From: Lepidodermella squamata
Taxonomy: Eukaryota > Animalia > Gastrotricha
Assembly: GCA_047495785.1 (NCBI GenBank)
Contig: JBLDXI010000003.1
Coordinates: forward strand, 1,984,001 to 2,048,000
DNA length: 64,000 bases
Reading direction: 5' to 3'
Positions 36,201 through 46,300 of this stretch are shown piece after piece; position 1 is the stretch's first letter, and each line of letters opens with the position of its first letter. Position numbers and translations under genes: made by a program. A model generated the notes under the pieces. The model saw only the letters and a program-made list of their open reading frames with translations. It had not been told where the DNA came from and did not search any database.

Positions 36201-39200
36201 CATCGATACCATGTTCAAATGATCCGGATTTTCGATGCCTGCCGATCACTATCATGGTAGCCCGCCGTGCTGAAAAATCGTTCAAGTTCGGCACACGAAG
36301 CCGGGATTGAAAATACATACTGCGCCGCCTTGGAGAGCAGTGAGAATTTCTGCAAATTGGACCTCTACCATTCGAAAAGCGATTCGCTAATCCAGTCAAG
36401 TTGTTCGAAACCGGAGCGAATGTAAAACGTAAAGGTGAAATTTGCCGAGTAGCGGGTTCGATGAGACATTATAGTTTGGAGTTGAATCAACGATGGTAAA
36501 AGGGATTCCAGAAAAAAATGATCATATCAAATCAAATCTCCAGTTCTGGCTATAGTAATGCTGGAAACGAGCGTTAGCAAGAGAAAAAATGACGCCTCAT
36601 AATATTACTTTTCATTCGTCTCGAAACGAATATGAAAAATAGGCATAAATGTTTGTAGAGATGTTGAGTTGCGCAGAGATTCGAAGAATCGAAGGAAGCT
36701 AGCCAGTATCAGCAGTTTGTATTATTATGTAGGAACCGGGAACAAAACACAGAGCTTTGGCGCATTGCCTGCTGTACACTGCTCTTGATAGTTCTACTAA
36801 CGCCGTCCTTAGCTCCTTTGCCGTGTCCAGCTGCAAAAAAGTTCCAGACAAGTTGTAGTCGAAAACCGTCAGATGCCATCGATGAAATGATTTTTAAACT
36901 GAGAAGTTGGTCCATCCGAAAACACGTGAGTGATCTGCAGTTCAGGGTTTTCGATGTGGATTGTGGATATATCGAAAAAACTGCTCAATTGGCAGGTTTC
37001 AGTGGATTAAACAGTCAAAATTAATAGCGAAAGAAACTGATTCGCCAGAGGGCAGCCACAAAACTGCCGGAATGAAAGGTTTATACTAAAAATTCAGCAG
37101 AGTTTAGATTTTTTAAATTTATCATCAAATTAGCTAAAAATGTGAAAAAAACATTTGTGGGAAAATTTGTTTCTGCTAAAAGTATGGCCCAATTTCTAGG
37201 TATTAAATATTATTATATCAATGTCGATTTTTTTTCAACAGAAATCCTTCGACGTTGGTTGAACTATTCACAACGCTGTATTTTTCGATGTTCGCCATGG
37301 GTGGACCTGATATTTTGCCAACAGCAGCTGGCAGTGCCACTTGGAGCTGGATTGTCTTCCAAATGTACGCCAGTCTACTCATACTTTTTGATAAATCGAG
37401 ATTTAATTTTTACCATTTTTTCCAGTGTTTATGGCGTTTGGATGATAGTCTCGTTCATCGTCCTGATTCCTCTTCTCATCGCCATGTTGACGGAAACCTA
37501 CCAGAAAATTCACATGCGGCAAGATTTGGAGTGGAAATTCGGCCGAGCTCAGTTGATTCGAACCATGATCAAACAATCAGCTGCTCCTGCACCCTTCAAC
37601 CTCTTCATCCGACCCTGTCTATACATCTACTCTTACTACCGACATGGCAAATGGATGTGTACGAAGTACTCGAGATATTTTGCCGAGGAGGACGAACACG
37701 AGGGCGCAAATGAGGCGATTGACATTTCTAGGGCTAAAAAGCCAGGCAAGACGACGGCGCCCGGGCGCTTTGGGCGACTTTTAAGGCGGATTTTCAAGTG
37801 CTGCTTCAAGGCGAATGCCATTGCTGCTGTTGAAGAGGAAAATGCTCGTAAATTAACTTCCTACTTTTAACTTTTATAATTTTAATTCAAGAGCTGAAAT
37901 TTGAATTTTTAATTGAAAATTGAGAATTTGAAAAAATGTTTTGAGTCGAATTTAAATTGAAAAGTTTCGAACATTCTGAAATACTTGTAATTTTTATTCC
38001 AGAGCAATTTTTTTATTTTTTATTCAATTTTGAATTTGTTGAGAATTTGAAAAAATGTTTTGAGTCTAATTTACATTTGAAATTTTCAAAATTCTGAAAA
38101 ATTCTTAATTTTATTCAAGAGCTGAAATTCGAAATTTTAAATAAAATTTTCAGAATTTAAAAAATTTTTGGAGATATGCACAGCAATAATGAGCTATTTC
38201 TTTGCATTTTATCGTCTGTATCTCATCTATAGACATAATTTAAGATAGACTGCCTAATACTCACGAGAAAAGAGCGGCGGAAAACCATGGGTGTTCAGCT
38301 GACTCATGTGCTCAGAAACGCCAAATTAAGAGGATTCCGGGTCCGGCGTCAGTTCTTCTACATCATAGAAGTTCTGAGCCTCTTCAGTAACTTCATGATG
38401 TACAATGACTTAGGGAGGAAGGGGCTCCGGTGGATTGCAGTAAGACTGTAACTTGCTTTTCCGCGCAGCCCTCGGCATGGTTTCAGCTTTCGTTGCTACA
38501 GCGGTCAGTACTTCGTGTTTCGAGATGTGACGTCCAATGACCGGTTGCGGAACAGCAGCAGGGTCTTTTGGCAGATCTGTAACTTTCTGGCGTGAAATGG
38601 CTCGAATAAACGCGCGATTCCTTATTTGGAACCCAACAGGAACCACTCCCCGATGCATCGATCCATATGTGGAGAACCTATTTGGTCATTATTATTTGGG
38701 AACCTTGAAAAATAGATGAGAATATATGTATGACTGAAATGTTCCATGATGAAGAAGGTTTACTACGGCGAGGTCAGAGTGGCTGATTCGAATGTCGTCA
38801 TGGTGGCCTTAATTTCTAACGTCTTTTCGAGGTTTTTCAGTTTTCTGCGACTTTCAGTTTGTTTTCGTTCTGACTCGTCGATACAAGCATTTTAGAGCCC
38901 ATTGAGATAACATGTGGGCGCCTCCAGACGATCGGCCGAGTTGCAATCCAAAAGCGGGAAGCGTCGCGGATTGAGAGGTATCTTCGCTAAATCGGCGTTA
39001 TCATCCAAGGCTGCGATTCATAAGCAAATCCGAAGTTAACGCTTCGGAAAAGCCGAGTTCTAACCGGGTTCATTCGTCGCCGCGGTCGCGTGCACTCGAA
39101 AAAATTGCTCGAAATGAAGCAATAATCAGCGATGTAGTTGATATCGACCTCGCCCAGGTTCAAATTAGCGGGGATTGTTACGATTTGAATTGTCAGGGAA

Positions 39201-39953
39201 CGCCTTGAATTTCGGCCGCCGAAGTTGCGGGGTCGTAGTTTCACCAACGGGTGCCTGCTGTGTGATGAGAAGTTTCAAAAGAGTGTCGAATCACTCAGCT
39301 ACGGGATCGTCCCGTTCGATGAAGTCCGAATGTTTGAGGCCGAGTTTCCGAACATATTTGTGCAACGCGGTATCAGTCGGTACGGTCGAAATGTGAAGAT
39401 CGGGCAGTTGAGGCTCGGGCAAAGCAGGTTCAGGAACCGATAAATCCGGTTCTGGTATCGCGGATTCCGTTATCAAATCGAGACGAGACTACGAAAATCA
39501 AGGAAAATCTATATGAACTCGAAAAAATTCGAATTTACGTACTAGAGAATCGGCTAGTTTTTCGAAGGAATTGAGCTCGTAATCTGGTCCCAGAGATCGG
39601 CAACCACCTCAAGGCACCCATAATAGTACTCGATTTGGTTACTATTCCGACTATGATGTTGATAGCCACTTCCTTTTAGTTCAAGAGCTGACATTTCAGA
39701 ATTAAAAAAAAAATATTTTTTGAAAATTAATATTCCGCTTAAAATTTTGAATTTTTCCTTAGCTGCAATGGCATCTGAGGCGGAGAGCGAAGCCGGATAC
39801 GAATCGAAGCCTATGGAAGAAGTTCTCGACTGGTCGCGCGTGGTCCACCTGTACCGGGTCGACAAAGCCGGCGGCATTGAGGAACTCGTCGAAATTCCAG
39901 GCGATTTCAACACCGACAAGCCTAAAGATTACGAAGAGGAACACGCAAAATAA
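18264..39953 (+). CDS. nompC: TRPN/NompC-like channel paralog 3 (~1958 aa, 16 exons)
   Basis: Exons: 18264-18801, 18854-18948, 19003-19101, 20279-21205, 23014-23583, 26261-26560, 26619-26720, 26800-27030, 27176-27415, 30555-31660, 33671-33823, 33881-33981, 34178-34856, 37242-37364, 37426-37847, 39763-39953. They sum to 5877 nt, in frame. NompC-typical motifs RTKDGSTLMH, KAFVNSKSKLG and EWKFGRAQLIR. Confidence 0.9.
23798..24500. repeat. ~150-bp direct repeats (23798-23951, 24333-24500) flanking ~380 bp of coding-like sequence
   Basis: Both copies share TACATCAAATTTCTTGGCGATTTTT...AAAAATCGCAATATTGCCGATAATCGATTATCGATCG...CAGCACAAAAGTTAT. Confidence 0.8.
24920..25670. mobile_element. Hairpin-rich non-autonomous element with GCGAAGC mini-hairpins (Crypton- or Helentron-like)
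   Basis: GCGAGCGAAGCGAGC at ~24927, a long hairpin at 24958-25017, and a ~110-bp imperfect palindrome at 25561-25670 centred on CTCGGCTTCGCCTCG. Superfamily assignment is an inference. Confidence 0.5.
27510..29412. repeat. Diverged direct repeats (~27510-27700 and ~29250-29412) flanking ~1.5 kb of decayed coding-like DNA
   Basis: Colinear similarity: TTTTTTGGGAACGTGTTGAATTCAAGCATTTTGAAGTTGAATTTGATG...CCCTAACTTTTATAAT...CGGAACCA versus TTTTTTGGAAATGTGCTGAGTTTAAGCTTTGTGAAGTTCAATTTGATG...CCCTAAATTTTATAAT...CGGAACCA. Confidence 0.6.
30287..30337 (-). ncRNA. Minimal type I hammerhead ribozyme (Penelope-like element type)
   Basis: Minus strand reads TTTTAGAGT-CTGATGA-T-GGTAC-GAGCTA-GTACC-GAAA-CGTC-ACTTTCAAA. 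This gives the intact core CUGAUGA/GAAA, stem II GGUAC/GUACC, stem I AGAGU/ACUUU and a GUC cleavage triplet. Stem III is vestigial and palindromic, and AATAAA follows immediately. Confidence 0.8.
35150..35371. mobile_element. Tc1/mariner-like MITE
   Basis: ~38-bp TIRs CAGGTCATTATTTTTCAAAACGTCTGATGAATCATCGAG / CTCAATGATTCATCAGACGTTTTGAAAATAATGACCCG, TA on both flanks. Confidence 0.75.
35452..35830 (-). mobile_element. pogo/Tigger (CENP-B-like DDE_1) transposase fragment
   Basis: [32 protein letters not shown]...KILLLVDNCPLH...LIFLPP, then after a frameshift NTTAILQPRDQGII. These are hallmark DDE_1 motifs. Confidence 0.85.
36740..36900 (-). mobile_element. DNA transposase remnant with HGKG-DG motif (probably Sola-type)
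   Basis: SDG...WNFFAAGHGKGAKDGVSRTIKS resembles the W.FF...HGKG..DG.GG..K motif of an invertebrate DDE transposase family. The Sola assignment is from memory and unverified. Confidence 0.5.
37885..38165. repeat. Degenerate AT-rich tandem repeat (~120-bp unit)
   Basis: Recurring GAGAATTTGAAAAAATGTTTTGAGTC and TTCAAGAGCTGAAATT blocks at the start of an intron. Confidence 0.55.
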
Positions 39954-40369
39954 ATGATAGAACAATAAATCCTCCTTAACAATTTTGAAGTGCACTTTAT
40001 TCCGAATTTTATTTCCTGTTGATCTCAAGGTATATAATCTATAAAATAAAACACAAATTTTGTTCCGCATGATTCATAGGAGGCGATTTTTTTTTATTTC
40101 AATCAGTCTCGAGGGTGTTGGTAAACAAAATTCGCTCTCGAGTTCAAGATGGCCGGCGTATAGTAGTATAATAAAGCGTAGCAAAACGTAAAGCGTTATC
40201 GATTTTATATGGGCGAAACACGCCGCCGTCGGCAACGTGTTTATTCGACCTCTTCCTGCGCTGTATTTTTCTTTCTTATCGCATGTGACCAGTCTATGAT
40301 TTGCATTTATTTATAGCTATGACCTTCTAGAATTTACTGTATTTTTTAGATTTTTTCATGAAATTTTGA

Positions 40370-43300
40370 ATGTCAAGCCCGAGTAAGCCGGGCTCAGCGA
40401 AAAGCCGGGCATCATCGCCCGGGGATGATGATTCATCATCCAGCGCCTCTCAGCCCTCAGCCGCTCACCTCGCGCCCGCTCACCCTGGCGCCCAGGGTGC
40501 TGCGTCACCCAGGTCACCCCGCACGGCGTGGACGGCAAAGCCACCGGTTGAGGAGGAGAAAAAGGCGTTGATTGTCATGGCGCAGCGCAGCGAATGGGGT
40601 GCGATCGAGCAGGCGTTGAAATACGCGTCGAAGGAGATTTTAAAGCCGGATCAGTACAAAGACCCGAGAACCGGCGAGACGGTCCTTATGCTGGCAGCTA
40701 GAGACAGCCGTATCGTAATCATCGAACGGCTGTGCGAACTTGGAGTCAACATCAACGATAAAACTACGGTAAGCTTTTGATTTGAACTTCAAATTTCAAA
40801 AATGGTAAAATTGTTATGATTTTCTTGAATTTTCAAAAATTTCAAAAGACTCGACATTTTTGGAAAATAATTTTTGTGCAGCAATTTTACCTTGTTTTTC
40901 AAATTTTTCAAAATTTCAAAAATCAATCAATTTTTTCAATTTTCAATTTTAATTATTATGAAAAAAATGAAAATTCTTTAAATTTTGAATTTTTGATATT
41001 TTTATTAAATAATTCCACTGGTGGATGGTGGATGATAAATAAACTCATTTCATTTATGGTCATTTAGTAATTTTTTGTAAATTCTAGGATCGCCAATGTG
41101 CTCTGCATTATGCTGCTATGAACTCGCGAGAAGAATCTGTGAAAACTTTGCTGGCTAAAAAAGCGGACACGCTAATAGCCGGTGGTGAAAGTAACCAGTT
41201 ACCCCTCCACATTGCCGCTTCTCGAACAGCTGGTGGCTTTACGATTGCCCAGATGCTTCTTCGAGCCATGCCTAAGGAAGGTCGATTGATGAGAGACGCT
41301 GATGGCAACCTGGCTATAACCTACGCAATTGAAGCGGGTAATAAATTGCTCATTTTTATTAAATTTCTCACGCGCTAAATTTCGGTAAAATTATGAAAAA
41401 TGTAGCAAAGTCGATTTTGCATTTTTGAAAAAGTATTTTAGGAACACATACGATGATGCATAACTCATTTAGCCCTTTCGAATGGTATATATCACGAATT
41501 ACGTGAAAAATTGAATATTTTTGCAATACCACATTTCAGGCGAGTTTTTTTCATTATTTTTATAGGATCTCTGCCCCTCGTCAAAGAATTATTAGGCGCC
41601 TTCGCCGCCGATCAGGTCAAATGGCAGTCACGTGACAACCGGGGCGACTATTTGATCCACATAGCCGCTCGAAAGTCCGATTCTGAAATTGTCAAATGCC
41701 TCGTTGCATCAGGTGGGGCTGATGTGAATGCACAGAATAATGATGGTCAGACCGCACTGCACATCGCCGCTCGTGTTGGCGCCGAAATTATTGTTAGAGC
41801 TTTGTACACGCTGAAAGCTGACTGCGACATTGCGGACAAAAAGCATCGAACACCGGTATGAAAATTGATTTTTTTCGAAATTTTCAATAAAATTTCAATT
41901 TTTCAATTAGCTTCTACTCGCAGCGGAACATGGGCGAACAGCTATATTGGAAATGTTGGCCGAGCGATTCAAGGCCAATGTTCAGATGAGGACGAAAGAT
42001 GGCTCCACCTTGATGCACTTGGCCAGCGAGGTGAAAAAAAATTGAAATTTGAAATTCTGAAAATTGAAAACTCTCCCTTAAAAATTTTAATTTTTTCAAA
42101 ATTAATGGAATTCTCTGACGAATTTTACAGCGTGGTCATGCCGATACTGTGTTAGCCTTTATCAAACGCGGTGTCCCACTCTTCATGCCCAATAAATCTG
42201 GCACGCTTTGCCTTCACGTCGCCGCTCAAAATGGGCACGTCAAGGTCGTTAAAACGTTGATTCAAAAAGGCACGCCAGTCGATGCGCAGACCAAAGATGG
42301 ATATACTGCCCTGCACTTGTCTGTCCTGCAAAATCGGCCAGATATCATTCAAACGCTGCTCGGCTACGGCGCTGAGGTCGATTTGAAGGGCGGCGCTGCT
42401 ATGGAGACGCCACTTCACATCGCGGCTAGGCTACCTGATGGCCTGCGAAGTGCGGAAATGCTACTCAAATCAGGCGCCAGTGTCAACGAAACCACGGAAG
42501 AGGTCTAAAAAAATATTTAAAATTGTTTTGAAAAAATGAAAAAAAATTGAAAAATCAATAGGTACTTATCTGAAAAGATCAAAATTGACGATTTTACAAA
42601 ACTTTTAAATTCTTAATTCCTAAAATTCCTAAAATCCTAAAATCCTAAAATTTAAGTCAATTTGATAATAATAACTTATCTTTTAAAGCGAACTTTGAGG
42701 ACTAGAAGGGCATGGCATTTAATACTCTAACCTCTAACCCTAATTGGTTGTAAGTGAGTGGGATGAACATTTTCGTATATGACGGAATTTGACTGGTGCG
42801 TAGTCTAGCTGACACTCCCATCCTCGAAATTTTTCATTTTGTGACGCGATGGATTGGTAAAACCGAGGGGAACTCAATCCTGATTCTGCCCTTGTAGGAC
42901 TTGAACCCAGACCCTCAGATACACAGTAGCTCAACGAAAGACTCCCGTCTCCGTAACGATGAACCCCGAATTTTGTGAATTGCCGCGCTGGCGAGTGATT
43001 CGTTCGCTCCGCATGACGCAATGGAGACAGTTTCGCGATTTAGAACCTTCCACAGGCCAAGCGTTAGCCGTCGGTTCCCCCTCAGTGGAGACTAGTAGTA
43101 GTGGAGTAGAACTGCGTCAGGAGTTTAGCCAGTAAGTTAGCATGGCGAAAGGCAGGCGAATACTGTTTCTCATCCGTTGCACGGATTTGTGATCGGCATT
43201 GACCTGTGAAGACATAAAATAGGTAAAATAATAGATTTGTCTTCAATTTTTGTTGCTTGACGTCCCAAACGCTGGGCTACATCGTCCAATTTTTTGAAGA

Positions 43301-46300
43301 TGATTAGACAGAGCGACCTTAACAACGCATAAAACATCGCCATTAGGCTAGGTGGCACCGCCTCTCGATCAAAGTTCCACGTAATCACTGTGGAAAGCAT
43401 CGGTAGGTTTCAGGCCCAGTTTTTTCGTTATGAAACCCGCTATCCAGGCGATTTTGTGATGGTCGAACGTTAGGTGGCTTGGCAAATGAATTCGATGAAC
43501 ATTTGACATCTTCGCCTTCTCCCAGGCCATTTTACCTACGTCTCGTGGCATTGACGGGAGCTGTTCGCGATTAGTAGGGGCGGTAACAGTCTTTCATTTA
43601 ATAATGGAGCATGAGAGCGACCTTGCGAGAACTCATTATCCATAGACAATTTTGTTGAATGATGTAAATCGGGTCCCGGGTCCGCCAGTGGTACCGAGTG
43701 GTACCAGCCGATAAGCATAAGCACCCGATGAACGAAAATCATTTTTATTTTTCCTTCACTTTCCTTGAGCTTGTTGGGGCCCGACCACAAGTAAGCGGGT
43801 TACTCGGCGGGCAGTCGACAGCAACGTGACCATAGTGATAGCATTTCCGACTTGAACGGGAGGCCGCAGATGGCGGACTTTCACTCGCCGATTGAGCCAT
43901 TTCAGCCCATTGACTCGAGCATCACCATACGCATCGAGCATCGTTGCGAGGACGATTTAATCGCTTTAAGTTCAAAGTAGGCCCAGCAGTCTGACTACGG
44001 GGGATGCGCTTCGAGGTGCCGAACCGCTTCGCCGGGCAGCTCAAGAGGCGGTCGTAGGGCACACGTTTACTCTCAGCGCAGATACTAGAAGAAAGTAACG
44101 CACCCGTAGGTAAGAAACATGGGAGATACCAAGTCGTGAAAGTGATCATGCTAAGTTAGCCGTAGGCACAATAAGAGTATGCAATCTAAACGAAATAAAA
44201 GGTCCAAGTATCAAGTTTTGTTTTGTGTAGGAGGACTCATCAGTATATGAGGTCGTATTTGATTTGAATGAGAAAAATGGCAACAGCTGAAAGTTGAAAA
44301 TTTGTCTTTGGTTTTAGACTGGAGAATCGCCGCTACACATCACAGCGAGAAATGGCTTCTTGGACCTTCTTAAAATGCTGCTAGCCGAAGGCGCTGACGC
44401 GACCCAAACTTCAAAACAAGGCGAAACAGCTCTCCACTTGGCCGTATGATTTTTTCGGAAATAATTCGAATTTTTTAACAATTTTTATCAAGGTGCGACA
44501 TTGCCACTACGATATTGCGAAGGCGCTGATAAGTTTTGTCAAAGACAACCGATCAGCTCGAGAAGCGACTAATTTAGTGAACGTGGCTAATAACGAGGGC
44601 GAAACATGTCTCCACTTGGCGGCCGAGCTCGGCAAAAGCCAGGCCCATTTCCCGTTCGAGGACGTTGATATGGTTCGGCTGTTGCTTGAAAACGGGGCGG
44701 ATAACTTGGCCCTGACTAAGCTGACCATCGAAATTCCGTTGCACTACTGCGCTCGGGCTGGGAATGCTGAGATTTTGCAAGAGATCGTCTGGCAAATGGG
44801 GCATAATTTTCAGAGCGCCTGCAACAGACAGGCGAAAAACGGCTGGTCGCCTTTGATGACAGCCTGCGACCAGGGCCATGCGGCAGTTGCTGAGATTTTA
44901 CTTACAAATAATGCACGTGTTGACGTTTTCGATGAGGTAATTTTTTTTAGATTTTTGTTTTGAAATTCTATACAATTTTTGTGTTATTTATCAGCATGGC
45001 AAAGCGGCTCTTCATTTAGGTGAGCATTTTATTTATGTCGATTCGAATTCATTTTGTTCGATTGGAAATTGGTGTTCAGGAGAAATAGGGTTTCAGCTCT
45101 GTATTTGAATTTTGGAATTAAATTTTCAAATTTTAAATTTTTTAAATTGAATTTTTAAAAAATGAAAAAATTCGTCAGAGAATTCCATTAATTTTAAAAA
45201 AACTTAAAATTTCTTAAGGAAAGTGAACCATCTTTTTTTAATTTATGTCTAACAAATTGACCTAATTATTACGCGTATTTTACGCTAATAGCGATCTGTT
45301 TACGAGCTATACAGAGCCAATATCGATTTCAGTTATCGATTTTACAAATCAGTGATTTTTCCGATATCGGAAGTTTTGCAATCTAAAATTGCAAGCACTT
45401 CTACCTTCATGGCCGTTGTTACCGGTTGCAAAATCCGAAGATCCCCGGTCATGGATGCCTTCAGTATCGACCGAAAATGAAAAATTCAAGCAATTAAAAT
45501 AGGCATTTAGAATCGTTCAATTTAGCGCTGGAATCTTAAAATATCGACCTTATTAAAAAATTTAAAGCGCCAAAGGTCAAAAGAAAACTTCAGATTCAAT
45601 CTCCAAACAATTCTCTTGCTAAACAGAGATTTGTGGATTCTTAAAATAACAGCCGAGATAGCTCAGTTGGGAGAGCGTTAGACTGAAGATCTAAAGGTCC
45701 CTGGTTCGATCCCGGGTCTCGGCGTAGCAATGTTTTTTGCCACATCTTATTTTAAGATTTTGAGACAGTCGAGTGAAGTCTTTGCTTTTCAGTTTGCTTT
45801 TTAGTCAGGCTGGCCCGTTGGTCTAGGGGTATGATTCTCGCTTCGGGTGCGAGAGGTCTCGGGTTCAATTCCCGAACGGGCCCATTCCATTTTTTTCACA
45901 ACTTGAGCTGATGACGATTTACACAGTCCACACTTAGTGCGAACAGCAGCTTTAAATTATGAATCATCGCTGCATTTTTTGCATGTGATGATTCATAATT
46001 TTTGCAAAAAGATCACAACAAGTGAATAGCACAAGAATTTCACACCTCCCTGATGGTCTAGTGGTTAGGATTCCGCGCTTTCACCGCGGCGGCCCGGGTT
46101 CGATTCCCGGTCAGGGAAAATTTTTGGGATTTTTTTCCAATTTTGATTCTGTGCAAGATCAAAAGTGATGGAAACCCGCTGAATGTCCCATTGATGAACT
46201 TTTTGATTAACCCTTTATGGCCATGATTCGTTATGAAAACTAACGAATTTTCTGAATTCATCTAGATGTATCTATATTCGAAAAATTAATGAAAAAATTG

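Noticed and set aside
38200-39700. Intronic insert with short ORFs in the last intron of paralog 3
   Set aside because: No recognisable motif, TIR or repeat; probably TE debris but cannot be supported.
44190-44255. Minus-strand CTGATGAGTCC, hammerhead-like start
   Set aside because: The matching GGAC is not followed by GAAA, so the core is incomplete.
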